DNA from: the human T2T-CHM13v2.0 reference genome, Homo sapiens
Length of the DNA stretch: 64,000 nt
Assembly: GCF_009914755.1 (NCBI RefSeq)
Contig: NC_060926.1
Direction: 5' to 3' (one strand)
In this document: positions 34,520 to 50,838 of the stretch, piece by piece
Position numbering within the stretch: position 1 is the stretch's first letter
How the letters are laid out: the number at the start of each line of letters is the position of its first letter
Made by a program: the position numbers and the translations under genes
The notes under the pieces: generated by a model
Seen by the model: the letters and a program-made list of their open reading frames with translations, nothing else
What the model was told of the DNA's origin: nothing
The model's database searches: none

Positions 34520-37170
34520 ATCTGATAGGATGTGTTTATATTTACACGGTACATTTTAAAGCAATGGCTACATTGGTCATACATATTAGAAACCATAAAA
34601 AAAAGTTAAGAACTAAAATGTACATCATACACTTGTATATATATTTTTTACACAGAGGTAAAAAGGCTTATTATAAAAAAATCAATACAACAGGGTTTTT
34701 AGTATACAGGTAAAGAATGAATTATGCTTCAGGCACTTTAATTTGTTAATGTGAGCAAATAGCTTGGGGGGTCGGGGAGGCTTCTGGACAGAAAATCTTT
34801 TGGTTAATGTTTTGTTACCACAGATACAAAAATAAAATCTGAATAATTTCTCTCAAATGATTGACGTCAGTATGGCAAAGCTGACTGGGAAAATACTACA
34901 CACTGTTCAGCTGCAGTGTGGCAATTAGAGACGTATTTACATAAATGTCCCCATGGCTGTCTTTGTGCCCTTAACCGATGCCTTCACAAACCAAAAAGTA
35001 TATGTGGAGTAAGATCTGCTAGCGTAACTCTTAAAAGGGTGGAAAAGGACAAGGGGTGAAAGAAGAGAGAAACAGGTAACAACTAAATAGAGGTGACAAA
35101 CAAAAAACAGCTGGGATATGTGCGTTCTTATTGAAATAAATAGGGGCACTTGAACTGAGGTCTAAGGAAACGAACATTAGTGTTGTGCTTTGTAGAGAAG
35201 AGACCCTAGAGAAAGACCCCAAGGAAGTGCCTCCGGGTCGGGGGAAGGTGGTCTCTCGACAGCACTGGAGGCTGGCTGAAGGTTTTCTAGATGTTCTCCA
35301 GGCATGGATGAGGTTCTCTTTTCTTCCATCAATCCAGATGGACAGCTCTCTGCTCCTTTTCCAAACTGGAAAGCCTAAACCAGTTACTCCAATGAATGAA
35401 GACGTCTACTAACTGACTCATAAGCACACTGGGTATTTACACCGGTAATCTACTAAAGAAAATCGATGAGCTTGTGGACGAGCTGGAAACAGCCCCATGA
35501 AGGTGAGCACAGCTAGCACTTTCCCAATATGATTGGCAGACTGGAAAAAAGTCCCTTTCCTTGAAGACTGGTGTCCTGTGTGCAATAAAGAAGGAGTGGG
35601 GAAAGGGAGTGGGGAGCAGGCCATGTCTTCTGCTGGCCGCTACCACAGAAAGATCGTGGCGGGAAGAACAGCCGGCGTCCGCAAGCCTGTCCCCGGTGGT
35701 CTCCACGAGGTTCTGATTGTACTATGCTAGGTATAGGTAACCACTCTTCACTTTTCTTCTTTCTTCAATAAGAAGATTTGGCTAATCCTTGCAACGTATT
35801 AGAAAAATACTCTTTTCCAGCTAATTAGAAGCCTCCTCCGTGGCAAGGCGACAGGCAGAACCAGTTGGCTGACCTAACCACCTGTGCACCCAAAGTGGCG
35901 AGTCTGGGTTTGGAGTTGCAGGAGAAAGACACTTAGGCATTGGAAGGGTTTTTACATATGGCCTTGTTTTTTCCCCAAGTATAAATGAGGAATTTGGTGA
36001 TGTGAAATTGAGTCCAAAATGAAACGAAAACATAAACCCATGAAGAAAATGCAACCCACCACTCTTCAAATTTATGACATTTAAAAATCCCCTCTCCCCA
36101 TTAATATAAAATAGCCAGGGGTTGGGGGGAAGAAGCTCCCTATGGTTTTATTCACCATAACCTTAGTGTTTCTCAACTGGAACTTGTTCGTGGGAACACT
36201 GATTTGTGTTTGAGGAAACTATTTGGTTTGCAAAACAACAAGCAAAATTTCTTACTTCACTAGTATCCTATTCTAATATTGCTAAATTTTTAGAAGTGGT
36301 GGCAACACAATTTAAAAAATGTTCTACTTTAGGGGTAATGGGGAGGCTCATAGAAACCTGAAATCCCCATTCTAGCCCTGGTCCAAGAGGATGCAATGCA
36401 GTTGAAGGAATTTTCCTGATTCTCACAAGTTAATCTGAAGTTAAGGCTCAATTCTCAGTCTATTACGGGTGAATGTTTTGCATCAGTGAATCATTTCAAC
36501 AGATTTTGGGGGGGCAGAAAATGATGATGGGCTAAAGATAGAAACTGCAGCTTACATGGGAAATTTGGCTTTAGAAAAGTTAAAGCGATATTGTTTTGTG
36601 GTACAAGTTTGTTAACTAGCTCACCTCCTATACATAATAACTGACTGCAGGCTGAGATACTTCTGTCGGGTTTCATCATTCTCACATCCCATTTCCGCTG
36701 AACCAGATGCTTGCTAGCGACAGGCAAGGTGAACCAAGAGAAAGAGAGTCTTCGACGCTCTTGGAAAAATCAACTACAAAACCCACCGAAAATCAGCAGT
36801 TCCAATTGCAGACTCCTTTGAACTGGAAGAGGCGGGGGAGGAGGAAACAGGAAATCAACACATGGATGAGACAGTTAGCTTGGTTACAGATTGTTAATAG
36901 TACAGGAGTCTGTGGCGAAGGTTCCTTCCTCAGAACACTGTGCGAGCGTGTGTGTATGGATGTGGCTGCTGCAGTGTGGGCGGCAGGGGGAGTGGAGAGT
37001 CTACCCGGCAGCGTCCCTGGCTGGAATGGTGCCTCGAGGTACCAGGGAGCTGGGAGGCCGCTTGCCCTCCTCGCTCCTTGGAGTGGAAGGGAGCGGGGGA
37101 GAAGATGAGAGTATGTAAGAGACGAGTTCCCCTGTGGCTGCGGATGGAGGGAGAAGGGAGGGAAACTGAG
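34520..37170 (-). other. SPRED2: SPRED2 3'UTR (~2.6 kb, no recognisable interspersed repeat)
   Basis: Unique sequence following the stop codon, AU-rich distally with UGUA motifs. The 3' end is inferred from variant PAS hexamers at 34535-34542. Confidence 0.75.
34535..34542 (-). terminator. Probable SPRED2 polyadenylation signal (overlapping variants AAUAUA/UAUAAA)
   Basis: Minus strand reads TGTAAATATAAACACATCC, with several upstream UGUA (CFIm) motifs. Non-canonical hexamer. Confidence 0.55.
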
Positions 37171-37850
37171 TCACGCGGCCGCTTTGTGCTTCCCGCCACA
37201 GCACCTGCACATCACTCCGCAGTGGTAGCAGGCCCGAAGGGGCAGGTAACAGCACATACAGGGGGCCAGGAAAGACAAGGCAATAAGAGCCATCCACCGG
37301 AGGCAAAACTTCTCGTCGCTAGTATCGCACGAGCAAGGGTCTGTATAGTCTCCCTCGGGGTCCGACATACAGTGATAGAGCATGCTGTCCGCGCACCACA
37401 TGCAGCTCACCCGGCGGATGCAAGTTCTCACGGAGTCGGGCGCGTCCTGGCAGTGGCCCCGGCGGTTCTCCTCGTGGTTGAACATGTCCCTGCAGTACAC
37501 GCACCGCGAGCGCTCTCCGTCCTCCTTCCGCCGCCGCGACTTGCCCCGGGAGGGCTGCGTCTTGATCACGCTGCCCCCGCGGCCTTTGGGGTCCTCGCCT
37601 AGGCCAAAGTCTGAGGAGTCCACGTAGGGGTAGTTGTAGTCATGCTTGGGGACCTCGCCCTTGGCGAAGCGCACGTAGGAGGAGTCCGCGTCCTCCGAGG
37701 GGTCCGGGTACTTGCCCCTGACGGGTGCGTGCCGGTAATCCTCGTACCCCGTCATCCAGATCTTCTCCCGGGGGTTGATGCGCACGATCTCCTCGTCGTC
37801 GTCCGGGAAGCTCACCTGGCGGTAGGGCCTTGGCATCGGCTGTCCCGTAG
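37170..37850. other. CpG-rich segment coinciding with the last coding exon
   Basis: Dense CG dinucleotides (e.g. CCGCGAGCGC, CCGCCGCCGCGAC) compared with CpG-poor flanks. Confidence 0.7.
37171..37839 (-). CDS. SPRED2: SPRED2 last coding exon (669 nt incl. TGA): KBD and Sprouty/SPR cysteine-rich domain
   Basis: Track ORF 37171..37836 ([10 protein letters not shown]...RCVYCRDMF...[29 protein letters not shown]) is the SPRED2 C-terminus. Acceptor GGACAG|CCG at 37840-1. Confidence 0.98.
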   Translation of the reverse strand, partial: PMPRPYRQVSFPDDDEEIVRINPREKIWMTGYEDYRHAPVRGKYPDPSEDADSSYVRFAKGEVPKHDYNYPYVDSSDFGLGEDPKGRGGSVIKTQPSRGKSRRRKEDGERSRCVYCRDMFNHEENRRGHCQDAPDSVRTCIRRVSCMWCADSMLYHCMSDPEGDYTDPCSCDTSDEKFCLRWMALIALSFLAPCMCCYLPLRACYHCGVMCRCCGGKHKAAA

Positions 37851-39330
37851 GAGAGGAGACATTATTTTACAGCAGCGGCCAAAAAACAAACAAACAAAAA
37901 AACACCCCACCTTCTCCCTCCCTAGCCGTCCAAAATGCACCTTTCTCGATAACTCCATCACGATGCTCCGTGAAGAAACAGACCCTTCCTGAAATTACTG
38001 AATATCCTGTCGCCCAGTCAGAGATGTATTTCAAATAGAGTCTCAATCCATTAATGGGCCAGGAAATCAATTTCGTGGGTTGAGACCGGCAGTATTTTCC
38101 CTTTCTGGTGACGCACTGCCATACAGGCAGGGGAGTGTGCACATGGCAAGGGCACAGTGTGATGCGTTCTCAGGAGCATGGCACACTCAGATCAAGAGGC
38201 AGAACAGGACCTGTGCCCCAGAGTATCTTCCGCCTCCCTCAGGGATCTCCTAGCCCCAGTGTGAGGGCTACACTCACTTCTAAAGGCCTGCATTAGTTTT
38301 GCCTATTTTTGTATGGTATGTTCTCTTTTGTAAGGCTGGCTTTTTAAAAATTGAAATAGAATAAGGACACTGGAGTGCAATACATGTGAGAAGGTAAGTC
38401 CTGTTTTACGAAACTTCATTATCCATATGTGCACAATATGTCCACAAAGGATCACAATAGGAGATGCATTTCTCCCTGTGGGTGTCTCCTTCAAGAGACA
38501 GGGGACACTAGGAAACAGTAGCTCACCATGTCATCTGGTGAGATGCGGACAGGAGAAGGATAGAGTGAAGGCTCCGGAAACTGAAGTTTCACTCCTGCCA
38601 GGATCTCACAAATAGTGAGTGGCCAGACCAAGAGCCACACCCTCTAGAAACCTGCAAATCTAAGCTGCATTCTCCCTCAGGGTGGAAGAGGCTTTTCTCT
38701 GCAGTTAGTCCTGCTACAGGCTGCAACCCTGCCTTGTCCAGAGCAGCAGACACTGAATAAATATTTATTAATTACATGCATATAACCCTGGCTCACCCAG
38801 GGCCTCTCAGTGGAGGCAGAGAACTGAGACTTCTTGCTTTCGAAGTCCTTTGGGCATGAAGGTTTTTCAGGGGTTGAGGAACGTGGCTCTGGAGTGACTC
38901 ACTGCAGTCAAATGCTGACATTTTCTAGCTAGTACCTAAGACTCAGGTTCCATTTCTGTCGAACTGCATAGGACTGTTTTGAGAATGAAGAGAAACAATC
39001 TACAGAGGGTGTCAGCTCACAGCCTTGCTCACAGGATGCACTTGATAACTCTCGCCATCACAGTCATTATCATATTGTTACGGACTTGATCATGCGCTTA
39101 TTAGATTTACCCATCACTTCCTACCAGAGGGCAGGGCCATGTCCCACACATTTTACCTTAATTCCTGTCAAATTCTTGGTATCAGAGTTGCCTAGATTTT
39201 TGAAAATCATGATTTCAGAAGGATTTCAAAACAAATCTCGGAAACTGACACGGGCTTTACTAATTCTTTATTTTGGACAGTAAGGAAAGTAAAAAAGTTA
39301 ATTTCCATCTACTGCTAGCATAATGTGATA

Positions 39331-39627
39331 TTTATTTATTTATTTATTTTTTGAGATGGAGTCTTGCTCTGTTGCGATGACGCAATGGCGCAATCTTGGC
39401 TCACTGCAAGCTCCACCTCCTGGGTTCACGCCATTGTCCTGCTTCAGCCTCCCGAGTAGCTGGGACTACAGGCGCCCGCCACCACACCCAGCTAATTTTT
39501 TGTATTTTTAGTAGACACGGGGTTTCACCGTGTTAACCAGGATGGTCTCAATCTCCTGACCTTGTGATCCACCTGCCTCGGCCTCCCAAAGGGCTGGGAT
39601 TACAGGCATGAGCCACTGCACCTGGCC
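39331..39627 (-). mobile_element. AluY (SPRED2 intron 5)
   Basis: GCAAGCTCC, TTCACGCCATT diagnostics; AATGTGAT flanks. Confidence 0.9.
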
Positions 39628-40039
39628 AATAATGTGATTTTTAAATAGGACATTTTAATCCCAAAATATTAGGAAGCACAATCTAAAATAATTTTTTTAA
39701 AAAGAGTCAAATAAATCTAGTTTTATGTTTAAAAACAAAACAAAACAACTCACTGCCCTTTTTTCTCATTTCAAAGCAGCCTAGTGGCCACAGCACCCCA
39801 CACAGGCACCAGTCCATGCCCCATGATTTGGGAACTTGCTCTGCAAAGCAGCCACTTGGTAAATATTTGTTGAACTACCGAATTCTGAGCTCCAGCTACA
39901 TCCGCCTGAGCAAGACTGGGCCTGTAGCCTGTAAGGCTGGGGGCTCGAGCCAAGTGTGCAGCATTCCTTAGTCCTGATTGTGGCTCTGGGCTTCCACACA
40001 AAGCTGGGAGGCCCTTTGGACAGAGGAATGCAGGACGCA

Positions 40040-40240
40040 GTGTAGCCCCCTGGGTGAGAACAGGCTTGGATTTGAATCTCGTTCCATCAGATACTCCACC
40101 TCTCTAAGCCTCAGCTTCCTCATCTATAACCTGGGGAGGCTGAAGACTTGCCTTGTGGGGCAGTTTCTGAGGATTAAACCACATAAAGCATATAAAGGGT
40201 CTGGCAAGGTGTCTGGCACACAGAAAACACTGGATGAGGC
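40040..40240 (+). mobile_element. MIR SINE
   Basis: AAGCCTCAGCTTCCTCATCTATAA...TGAGGATTAAA...TCTGGCACACAG. Confidence 0.65.
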
Positions 40241-40403
40241 TGAGGTGCCACCACCAATGCCACTTTCAATATGAAGTGGGGGTAAAGGCAGGAGCAGGAG
40301 AGGCCTGTGGTCATGGAATTTGGCTGAATAGGAGGGGAAAGAGGCCATTCCAGAATCAGAGGCACCACCCTGATGCCCTCAGAGGAACAGGGCTGCTGCT
40401 CAC

Positions 40404-40553
40404 CTGATCGAGGTGATAGTGGTCTGTGGGGTATGAGTCGTGGAGGTGGCCCAGGGTATAAATCCTCCGGTGCTCACAGGATGTGGGAGAGGAGATTGTC
40501 CGAGTAGGTTGCTCTCTCTTCTGAGAGGAATTAGAAGAACTGTCTGTAGCTGT
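40404..40553 (-). CDS. SPRED2: SPRED2 coding exon 5 (150 nt, phase 0/0)
   Basis: Acceptor ACACAG|ACA, donor CAG|GTGAGC. Reads TATDSSSNSSQKREQPTRTISSPTSCEHRRIYTLGHLHDSYPTDHYHLDQ, in frame with exons 4 and 6. Confidence 0.95.
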
Positions 40554-40896
40554 CTGTGTAGAGGGAGGTAACCAAGAGTCAATTTAAAAACAACAACAAA
40601 AACCCCACGCAGCAAACCCTGACATGCACTATTCAAATACTAGCTATTCCCTGGTTGTGGCAATTTGCTGCTCTTCCCAAAATCTTGAGTTTGTCTTGGC
40701 TACAACAGGAGGACCCCTGAATGGCCAGATTGTCTAAACACAATGTGGCTGGTTCAACAGGCAGAGAAGCCCAGCCACCAGACCCTGGAAAGGTAGGTTT
40801 TTCTTAAATGCGGGAATAGTGACTGGGTGCGGGGGGAAAGGCTGGATATACCAGGCTCCCCAAAGGTTTGTGTTCTAGTTTGATCAAGAATGGTTA

Positions 40897-41329
<433 letters not shown>

Positions 41330-41655
41330 TTATATGGAGGGGGGAAATCTCCACCTGGGAGAGTCTCAGAGGTAAGGATACCGCTGGCTGGCGTATCTTG
41401 AGTACTGGATTTCCAAGAATAAATTTTGTATCTTTGGGGTTGGGAGCAAGACTTGGAGGTCACTTTAAACTGGAAGTGAGATGGATGACTGCATAGAAAA
41501 ACAGAGGCCACCTCTGTGAAGGGGGAGTACAGAGCTGTTTTGCCCAGTAGAGATGTCAAGTTAAGACTGGAGTCTCCGTAACCATGTCTTTGGAAGGTGA
41601 TTAGCTATCAGTGCGCACTGTACAAGCAGATCCCACAGGCACCCAGTATGCCACC

Positions 41656-41998
41656 TGATATGGTTTGGCTGTGTCCCCAACCAAAACTCATCATGAATTT
41701 GTGGGAGGGACCTGCTGGGAGGTAAGTGAATCATTGGGGCAAGTCTTTCCCGTGCTGTCCTCGGGATAGTGAATAAGTCTCAGATCTGATGGTTTTAAAA
41801 AGAGGTGTTCCCCTGCACAAGCTCTTTTTTTGCCTGCCACCATCCGCGTAAGATGTGACTTGCTCCTTCTTGCCTTCCGCCATGATTGTGAGGCCTCCCC
41901 AGCCATGCGGAACTGTAAGTCCAATTAAATCTCTTTCTTTTGAAAATTGCCCGGTCTCCGGTATGTCTTTATCAGCAGCGAGAAAATAGACTAATACT
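41656..41998 (+). mobile_element. THE1 (THE1B-like) solo LTR
   Basis: TGATATGGTTTGGCTGTGTCCCC...CCATGATTGTGAGGCCTCCCCAGCCATG...GACTAATAC; CCACC-like flanks. Confidence 0.92.
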
Positions 41999-42334
41999 CC
42001 CACCTGAGACACAACGGAGCAGGCCAGGCGACCCCAGGTGGTGGTCATACTCCACAACCCTCTGGGCCCAGGGGCTATCCAGGGGCCTTGTTAGATGCAG
42101 CTGGCAACCATCTTTAAAACCAGGACCCCCAGAATCCCTACCCTTCCTTCTGCTTGCTTAGAGTGACATATCTCTCCACCCTCTACCATTCCCCAACTAA
42201 ACAGATGAAAAGAAAAGGCTTTTTCTGATCTCTAGATGCTCTCTTTCTTGCAAATCTACAGGAACTTTCCTTTGGCTACTGTTTCTTACTTGTATATTCC
42301 CCTCATCTCATTTGCTTATATATATATTTTTAAA

Positions 42335-42720
<386 letters not shown>

Positions 42721-45053
42721 TAGTACATACTTAGAAAAAAAGCACTACAAGAATTTAGGAAAAACACACCCATATTTCCATTATGCAACATAAGCATTGT
42801 TAGTTTTTACACCTTGGTCCACATGTGCAGCATCCCTCTGGAGACCCAACCCTCCTGGATGTTTCTCTACTTGGGTTTGGTCTATGCCATGCATGGCTGA
42901 TGCCTGCTTCTGATCCCCCAAGCCATGGTGACTAATTTCAATATGAACACACGGTGCTCTCCGAAGCAATATAGAGAGACTTTTGACAGAGCGGTCAGAA
43001 AAGCAGCTGTCTCCATTTCTGTAATCAAGATCTAAGGGTCCTATAAGCCTTGAATCCTGGCACGGGTGTGGGGAAAGGACTTGTCTGAGGATGGGAGCAA
43101 GAGAAGCCACCCTTAGTCCCTTTGAGCTGCTGGATCCAGCCAAGCCTGAATCCTGACCACTCGAGGATGTCCCAATGATGACACCAATTCTCTTTTGTGA
43201 CTTAAGCCAGAATACACTGGGTTTGTCACTTGGGTGCACTTTCCCTTCACTATGGATTCCTTCCAAAGCAGTCCCACAGGCACCACACTCCTGGCTTCTC
43301 TCTACCCCTTACTCCTCCCCAGGTTCCCTCCTCTTCCTCACAAACAACTCTTCTTGGTGTCATATGTGTGAGTGCTTATGGTGTGCCAGGCCCTGAGCTA
43401 CTTGTGGACACGGTTCCTCAGCATGGCCAGCAGGTCACAGGTAAAACACTATCTCCATGTCACACACTGGCACTAAGGGACTCTGAGAGATGGTGAATCC
43501 AGGCCATGGCAGCACAGTCACTGGCAGAGCTGGGACTGAAATGCAGCCTCCCTGACCACAAAGCCCAGGGAGATTTCTAATAGGCCCCACACACTGCTGC
43601 CTCTCACAGCCAGGTAAGTCCACTTCCAGCTCCTATGCTAAGAGGTATTTTGTTGAGATTAACACAAAACACAACTTCTCCAAGTCACAAGGTACACCCT
43701 GCTGTATACAAACCCAGGAGATGAGGAGATGATGTCTCACAGTACAAAGGTTACTACAGATCTCAATAAATACCTCTCAAATGAGTAATCAGGGCCTTTC
43801 AGTGTGATTCAAATCTCAAGAGTTAAATTCTTATCCAACAGCCACGTTACAGTCATCTATTAGGTTAGAAGTTAGCCTTGTGTTGAACATTGTAATAAGC
43901 TCTCAGTACTTAGTTCTCAGAAGCCCATTTAACACACCACGGTCACCACTGTGTTAGTCATCTGTTCACCCTAACTCAGCCTATTTTCTGTGACCCACTT
44001 TTGGGTTAACAATGTGTAGAAAGTCCTTCTGAGAAATGAGGCACATCCGGCTTTTCCTAGGACTCATTAGTCGATCAGAAATGCTACCTTCCGATATTCC
44101 CATCCCACCTCCCCAGCCCTCTCTCCCTGCACAGTCCAGTGCAAAGCTCCCCAGACATTTGTCAGAGGATGTGAGACTGAGAAAGGCCTTATCTGATGAC
44201 GAATTTCTACAGTGAAGCAAGAAGGCCAGAAGACCTCGAGAGGCATGTCCACAGTCTACTGCCTCCTGAGGGCAGAGCTGAGGTTGCGTCCTAGCCGAGC
44301 CTGCAGTCTTCCAGGCCCAGCTGTTCAGGGTTGTCTGAACTCCCAGAAGATTCCATTGGAAGCCAAGGCTATTTCAGATGGATACTAACAGATGATTCTT
44401 ACAAAGCAGCTAGTGTGACCTACAAACAAAAGGAATGTACTACCAGGGCATCTCCAAGAAAGGCAAAGGGGAAAAAAAATCTCCTTTTACCCTCATGCAC
44501 CTCTGAACTGGCTCTCCTATAACTCTGCCCTGGTTTCCGTGGGCTGCAGAAAAGCAGCCCACCTGAGGTATGCACATACCTAATACACAAGCAAGATTCT
44601 TAAACATCTCTCTGTTATTTCTGTGCACAAGCTACTGACACCTACCAACCTACCAATCTGAAAGCTGTCACCTTCAATGAAAAAGTTGGCAATCACATGC
44701 TCCCAACTGTATCTACACTCCCCTTGCTCTCCAGTGGGGGTCTAAGAACTGTTAGGGCTTTGAAGAACAAAAGCAGAGGTCCCCTGTGACTACTCTGTGC
44801 TCGGGGACTTCAGGCTCCTAGAAGGCATGACTGCAGCATCCTGAGAGAGCAGGTCAGAGTGGGCGTTTAATGTCTCCTGCTGTGGACACTGAGGCTGGCA
44901 TTGCCATCTGGCCCCAGCTGACACTGGGAGGTCTTGTGCACTATGATGCAGGGAGCACAGCCCTTGCCACCTGCAAATGTACCCTCTAAAAACACTCTTG
45001 CCTTTGGGTTTGACTCTGACTCAATGTCAATGCCTGTTGCTAAAAAGATGTCC

Positions 45054-45194
45054 AGCTGGGTGCAGCTGCTCATGCCTGTAATCCCAGCGCTTTGGGAGGC
45101 TGAGGTAGGAGGATCGCTTGAAGTCAAGAGTTCGAGACCAGCCTGGGCAACAAATCAAGACCCTGTCTAAAAAAAAAAAAAAAAAAAAAAAAAA
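45054..45194 (+). mobile_element. FLAM Alu monomer with long A-tail
   Basis: TSD AAAAAGATGTCCA. Confidence 0.85.
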
Positions 45195-45347
45195 GATGTC
45201 CAATTAAGAAGTGTGCAACCTAATATGAGGCACTGAACAACAGAAACGAGGGGAGTATTACAATGCTAAAAACAACAGGGTCTCAGCTCAGGCAGATTAG
45301 ATTTGAATCATTCTCTGCTAATTATAAGATGATTTTGGTCAAGTTAA

Positions 45348-45739
<392 letters not shown>

Positions 45740-45856
45740 AAAAATTTCTATTTTAAACTGTGACTGCTGGTATATGAAAGTTACTGATTCTGTATGTTGA
45801 TCCTGTATCTGGTTGTTTTGCTTAGCTCCCTTATGAAACTAGATTTTTCTAAGTAA

Positions 45857-46256
<400 letters not shown>

Positions 46257-46657
46257 TCCTTTCCAATATTTATACCATCTTCTTCTTACCTCATTGCATC
46301 TTTTGCCAGGGCTTCCAACATGACATGGAAAAACAGAGGGGACAGTGTCCTGCTTGTCTTGAACCTGACTTTGATAGAATTACTTCTAATGAATTTCTAT
46401 TAGATATAATATTTCTAGGTAATTGGAGTGATTATAAAGTTCCAAAAGTTTCCTTCTATTCTAGATTGCTAAGGATTTTCACCAGATATTAGATGTTATT
46501 AGATGATTTTTCTGTCTACTGAGATGATTACAAAATCTTTCACCTTTATTTTATTAATATGTGAATTAAACAGCTTTTCCAACATAAACCTTCTTTGCAT
46601 TCCTCAGATACATTCTACCGGTCTTTCACTAAATATGCCTTACTAATATGTGATGTG

Positions 46658-47007
<350 letters not shown>

Positions 47008-47258
47008 TAGCAAATAACAAGCTCTGTGTGACCTGGTTTCTAAAGCCCTCTAACAGGGCAGTGAGCTGAGACAAGCCTTTGATGAGGAAGAACCCAGAAA
47101 GGAGAGAGTAAGAAAAGAGAAGGGAAGGGGGTGAAAGCAGGTGTCAGAGGGTACAGAAATGAAAGTGGGCACTGCCAACATTTAAAAAAACAAGAAACAG
47201 GGACAGGGCTGGCCTGTCCAAATCCTCTATGGTAGTAAAAAAAAAAAAATCCATCCCT

Positions 47259-47695
<437 letters not shown>

Positions 47696-49285
47696 TCAGA
47701 GCACTGGTCAGAGTCAGGCAGCTTCCCAGAGGGGTGTGTCTGAGATGGGTCATAGCATTCTAGATGGGTAGACCAGAGGAAGAAAAGGGGGCTCAAGTTT
47801 ATCAGTGAACATCTGATCAACATCTCCAAAAAAAGAGCAGGCTTCCAGTTGCCAGATTCTATAGACACAGGCTGTACTTATTTTGAGAATTCAGATATTT
47901 CCCATAACTCTAGAGTTTGATGACAAATGAGAGCAACTCCATGGAGCTTCAAAACTTGAGACAGAATTTTAAAAAATAATAATGGACCTTAATGTTATGA
48001 TGGCTTGACAATCAATCAAAATCTGAGTGCAAAAGACACTGGGCTGAAACTGCCTGGGCTAATGGACTGGCAGTTTCCCCAAGGTCAATGCTGTCTGGTT
48101 TGGGTGGGAATCAGCCTGAATGGAGAAACGAGACTAACAGGGCAACACCTCAGGTTAAACCTGAGCCAGCTCCCTCCTGCTGTATGAGCCTTTTTTGTAC
48201 AATATGATCTCTTGTTCTTGGAAGCTTGGCTACTCTTCCCTCTCTTATGGAGGGACCTTGAGTTTACTGGGAAATTCATAAAGAAGCAAGTGCAGCAGCT
48301 CACACGCCCTGGGTCCAAGAATGAACCTTCTTCATGTAGAAGGCCACCTCTCTGACCAAGGGAAGCTCAAGGAGGGAGGGAAGGAACCACCAGGCCAGAC
48401 GAGCTGAGGAGACAGGTTGCTTAAATTGTCCATTCTGGGATGGAATCCTGGCTGCTGACCCAGGACTTTTTGGGGGCACTTTCTGTGTCTTCAGGACGAG
48501 CCGGACAGATTTCAACGTTCACATTTCGCAGGTCTTTTCAGTACTATGCGCATCCCTTCAAGTCCTCTAGGTTTTCCTGCTAAACCTTTGCTTTCTAAAA
48601 GAGGGTAGGGGCAGAGGACAAGGAGGCAACAGTTGGCAAAAAGTGCTATGGGAAAGAAAAGGTGTGCCTGGGCTGTTTTCTCAAGGACACTTGGAATTAT
48701 TATCAAGGGGCACCTGGTTCACAGCCTTCTCAAGTAGGATGCTCCCATCCAGTACATGGGTGAGACTATTAGAGGGCTGGCAATGTGTAATTTCTTCCTT
48801 CTTCTTAGGGAGGGAGATAAAAGGGACAAACCCCTCCTCTCAAGAGGCAAGGAAACAAGTACAGCCACTTCATCATCCTCATGTTCCCAGGAACACAAGG
48901 GCTGACTGCAGAAATCACAATGTGCAAAGAGCCAAGCCCTCTCTGACCAGCCCATTTGGGAGATCAGTGGGCCTACGTGTTTTGAATAGGGCCATAGAAA
49001 ACAATGTTAAAGAAACTGCTTAAGGAGCTAGACCACATCATTCAGGAATCATGTAGCACTGCTAAGCAAAAATAGCACTATACAGGGAGATTCGAAAACC
49101 TCAATTTCAGGCCAGGCCAGATATCTTGGACAAGTTGTTTAACTTTTGGGGGCCTCAGTTTTCTCATGTGTAAAATGAGGGAGTTGAACTAGATGATTTC
49201 CAAGGTCTGTTTGAGCCCTAACAATTTCATGTGCAATGCCTCTCACCTGCTCCTAAGAACATTACAGGTTAGAGGAGTTGGACTA

Positions 49286-49659
<374 letters not shown>

Positions 49660-50344
49660 TTACAGGATTAATTTTGATTGATTAAGTAGAATTTCTGCCT
49701 TGTCTGCAGATGCTGCTGCTATTTTGAATTTTTAAAGGTAGCTAACTAGTAGTTATGGACTACATTTGCATTATTTTTGCTGCAATCTACCACCAAAATA
49801 TATCTCAATAGCTGATGTAACTAAGGCAATATTCTTCCTTTTGCAAGGGATTCTCATTTTATATATAAGTATTTACAACTCCCCCCACCCCGTATATAAT
49901 ATTCGTTCCTTTCTTAACCTCAGCCTGAGAGTGTCTCAGAAGGCTACTGGCTCAGACTGGATGAGTTGCAAGATTTTCCCCGCAATGTCTACTAAGGCTG
50001 AGAAACCTATGATCAGTCCTTTCTCCTTTGGCAAACAGGAAGTCGTCTGCCATTTTGTCAACAGGTCTTTGGGAACAGGTAGCTCCGGCTCATCTGTCCT
50101 GAGGGCCTACGTTGGTTCCAGGTGTCCTCTTTCAAAGAGACAGCAGATCAGGAAGTAGGCCAGACCTGTATTCTTTCACAATCCCAGCTAGCAGGCAGTT
50201 TGAGGCAGCTGCTGGTGGGGCTTTGGGGGAGAGATGACTCTGACTCTGTCCTAGACTCTAGGACATTATCCTCTCTCTAGGACCTAGAGGATTCTTTCAT
50301 TGTGAAATTAACAACAACAAAAACCAACCAACCAACCAACCAAC

Positions 50345-50838
<494 letters not shown>

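Noticed and set aside
34862-34869. Perfect CRE TGACGTCA in the 3'UTR
   Set aside because: Isolated 8-mer with no promoter context
36940-37602. 220-aa + strand ORF and other ORFs overlapping the last exon
   Set aside because: Antisense shadow of a GC-rich coding exon, with no independent family resemblance
42781-43266. 161-aa minus-strand ORF in intron 4
   Set aside because: No recognisable homology, and no poly(A)/TSD to suggest a retrocopy
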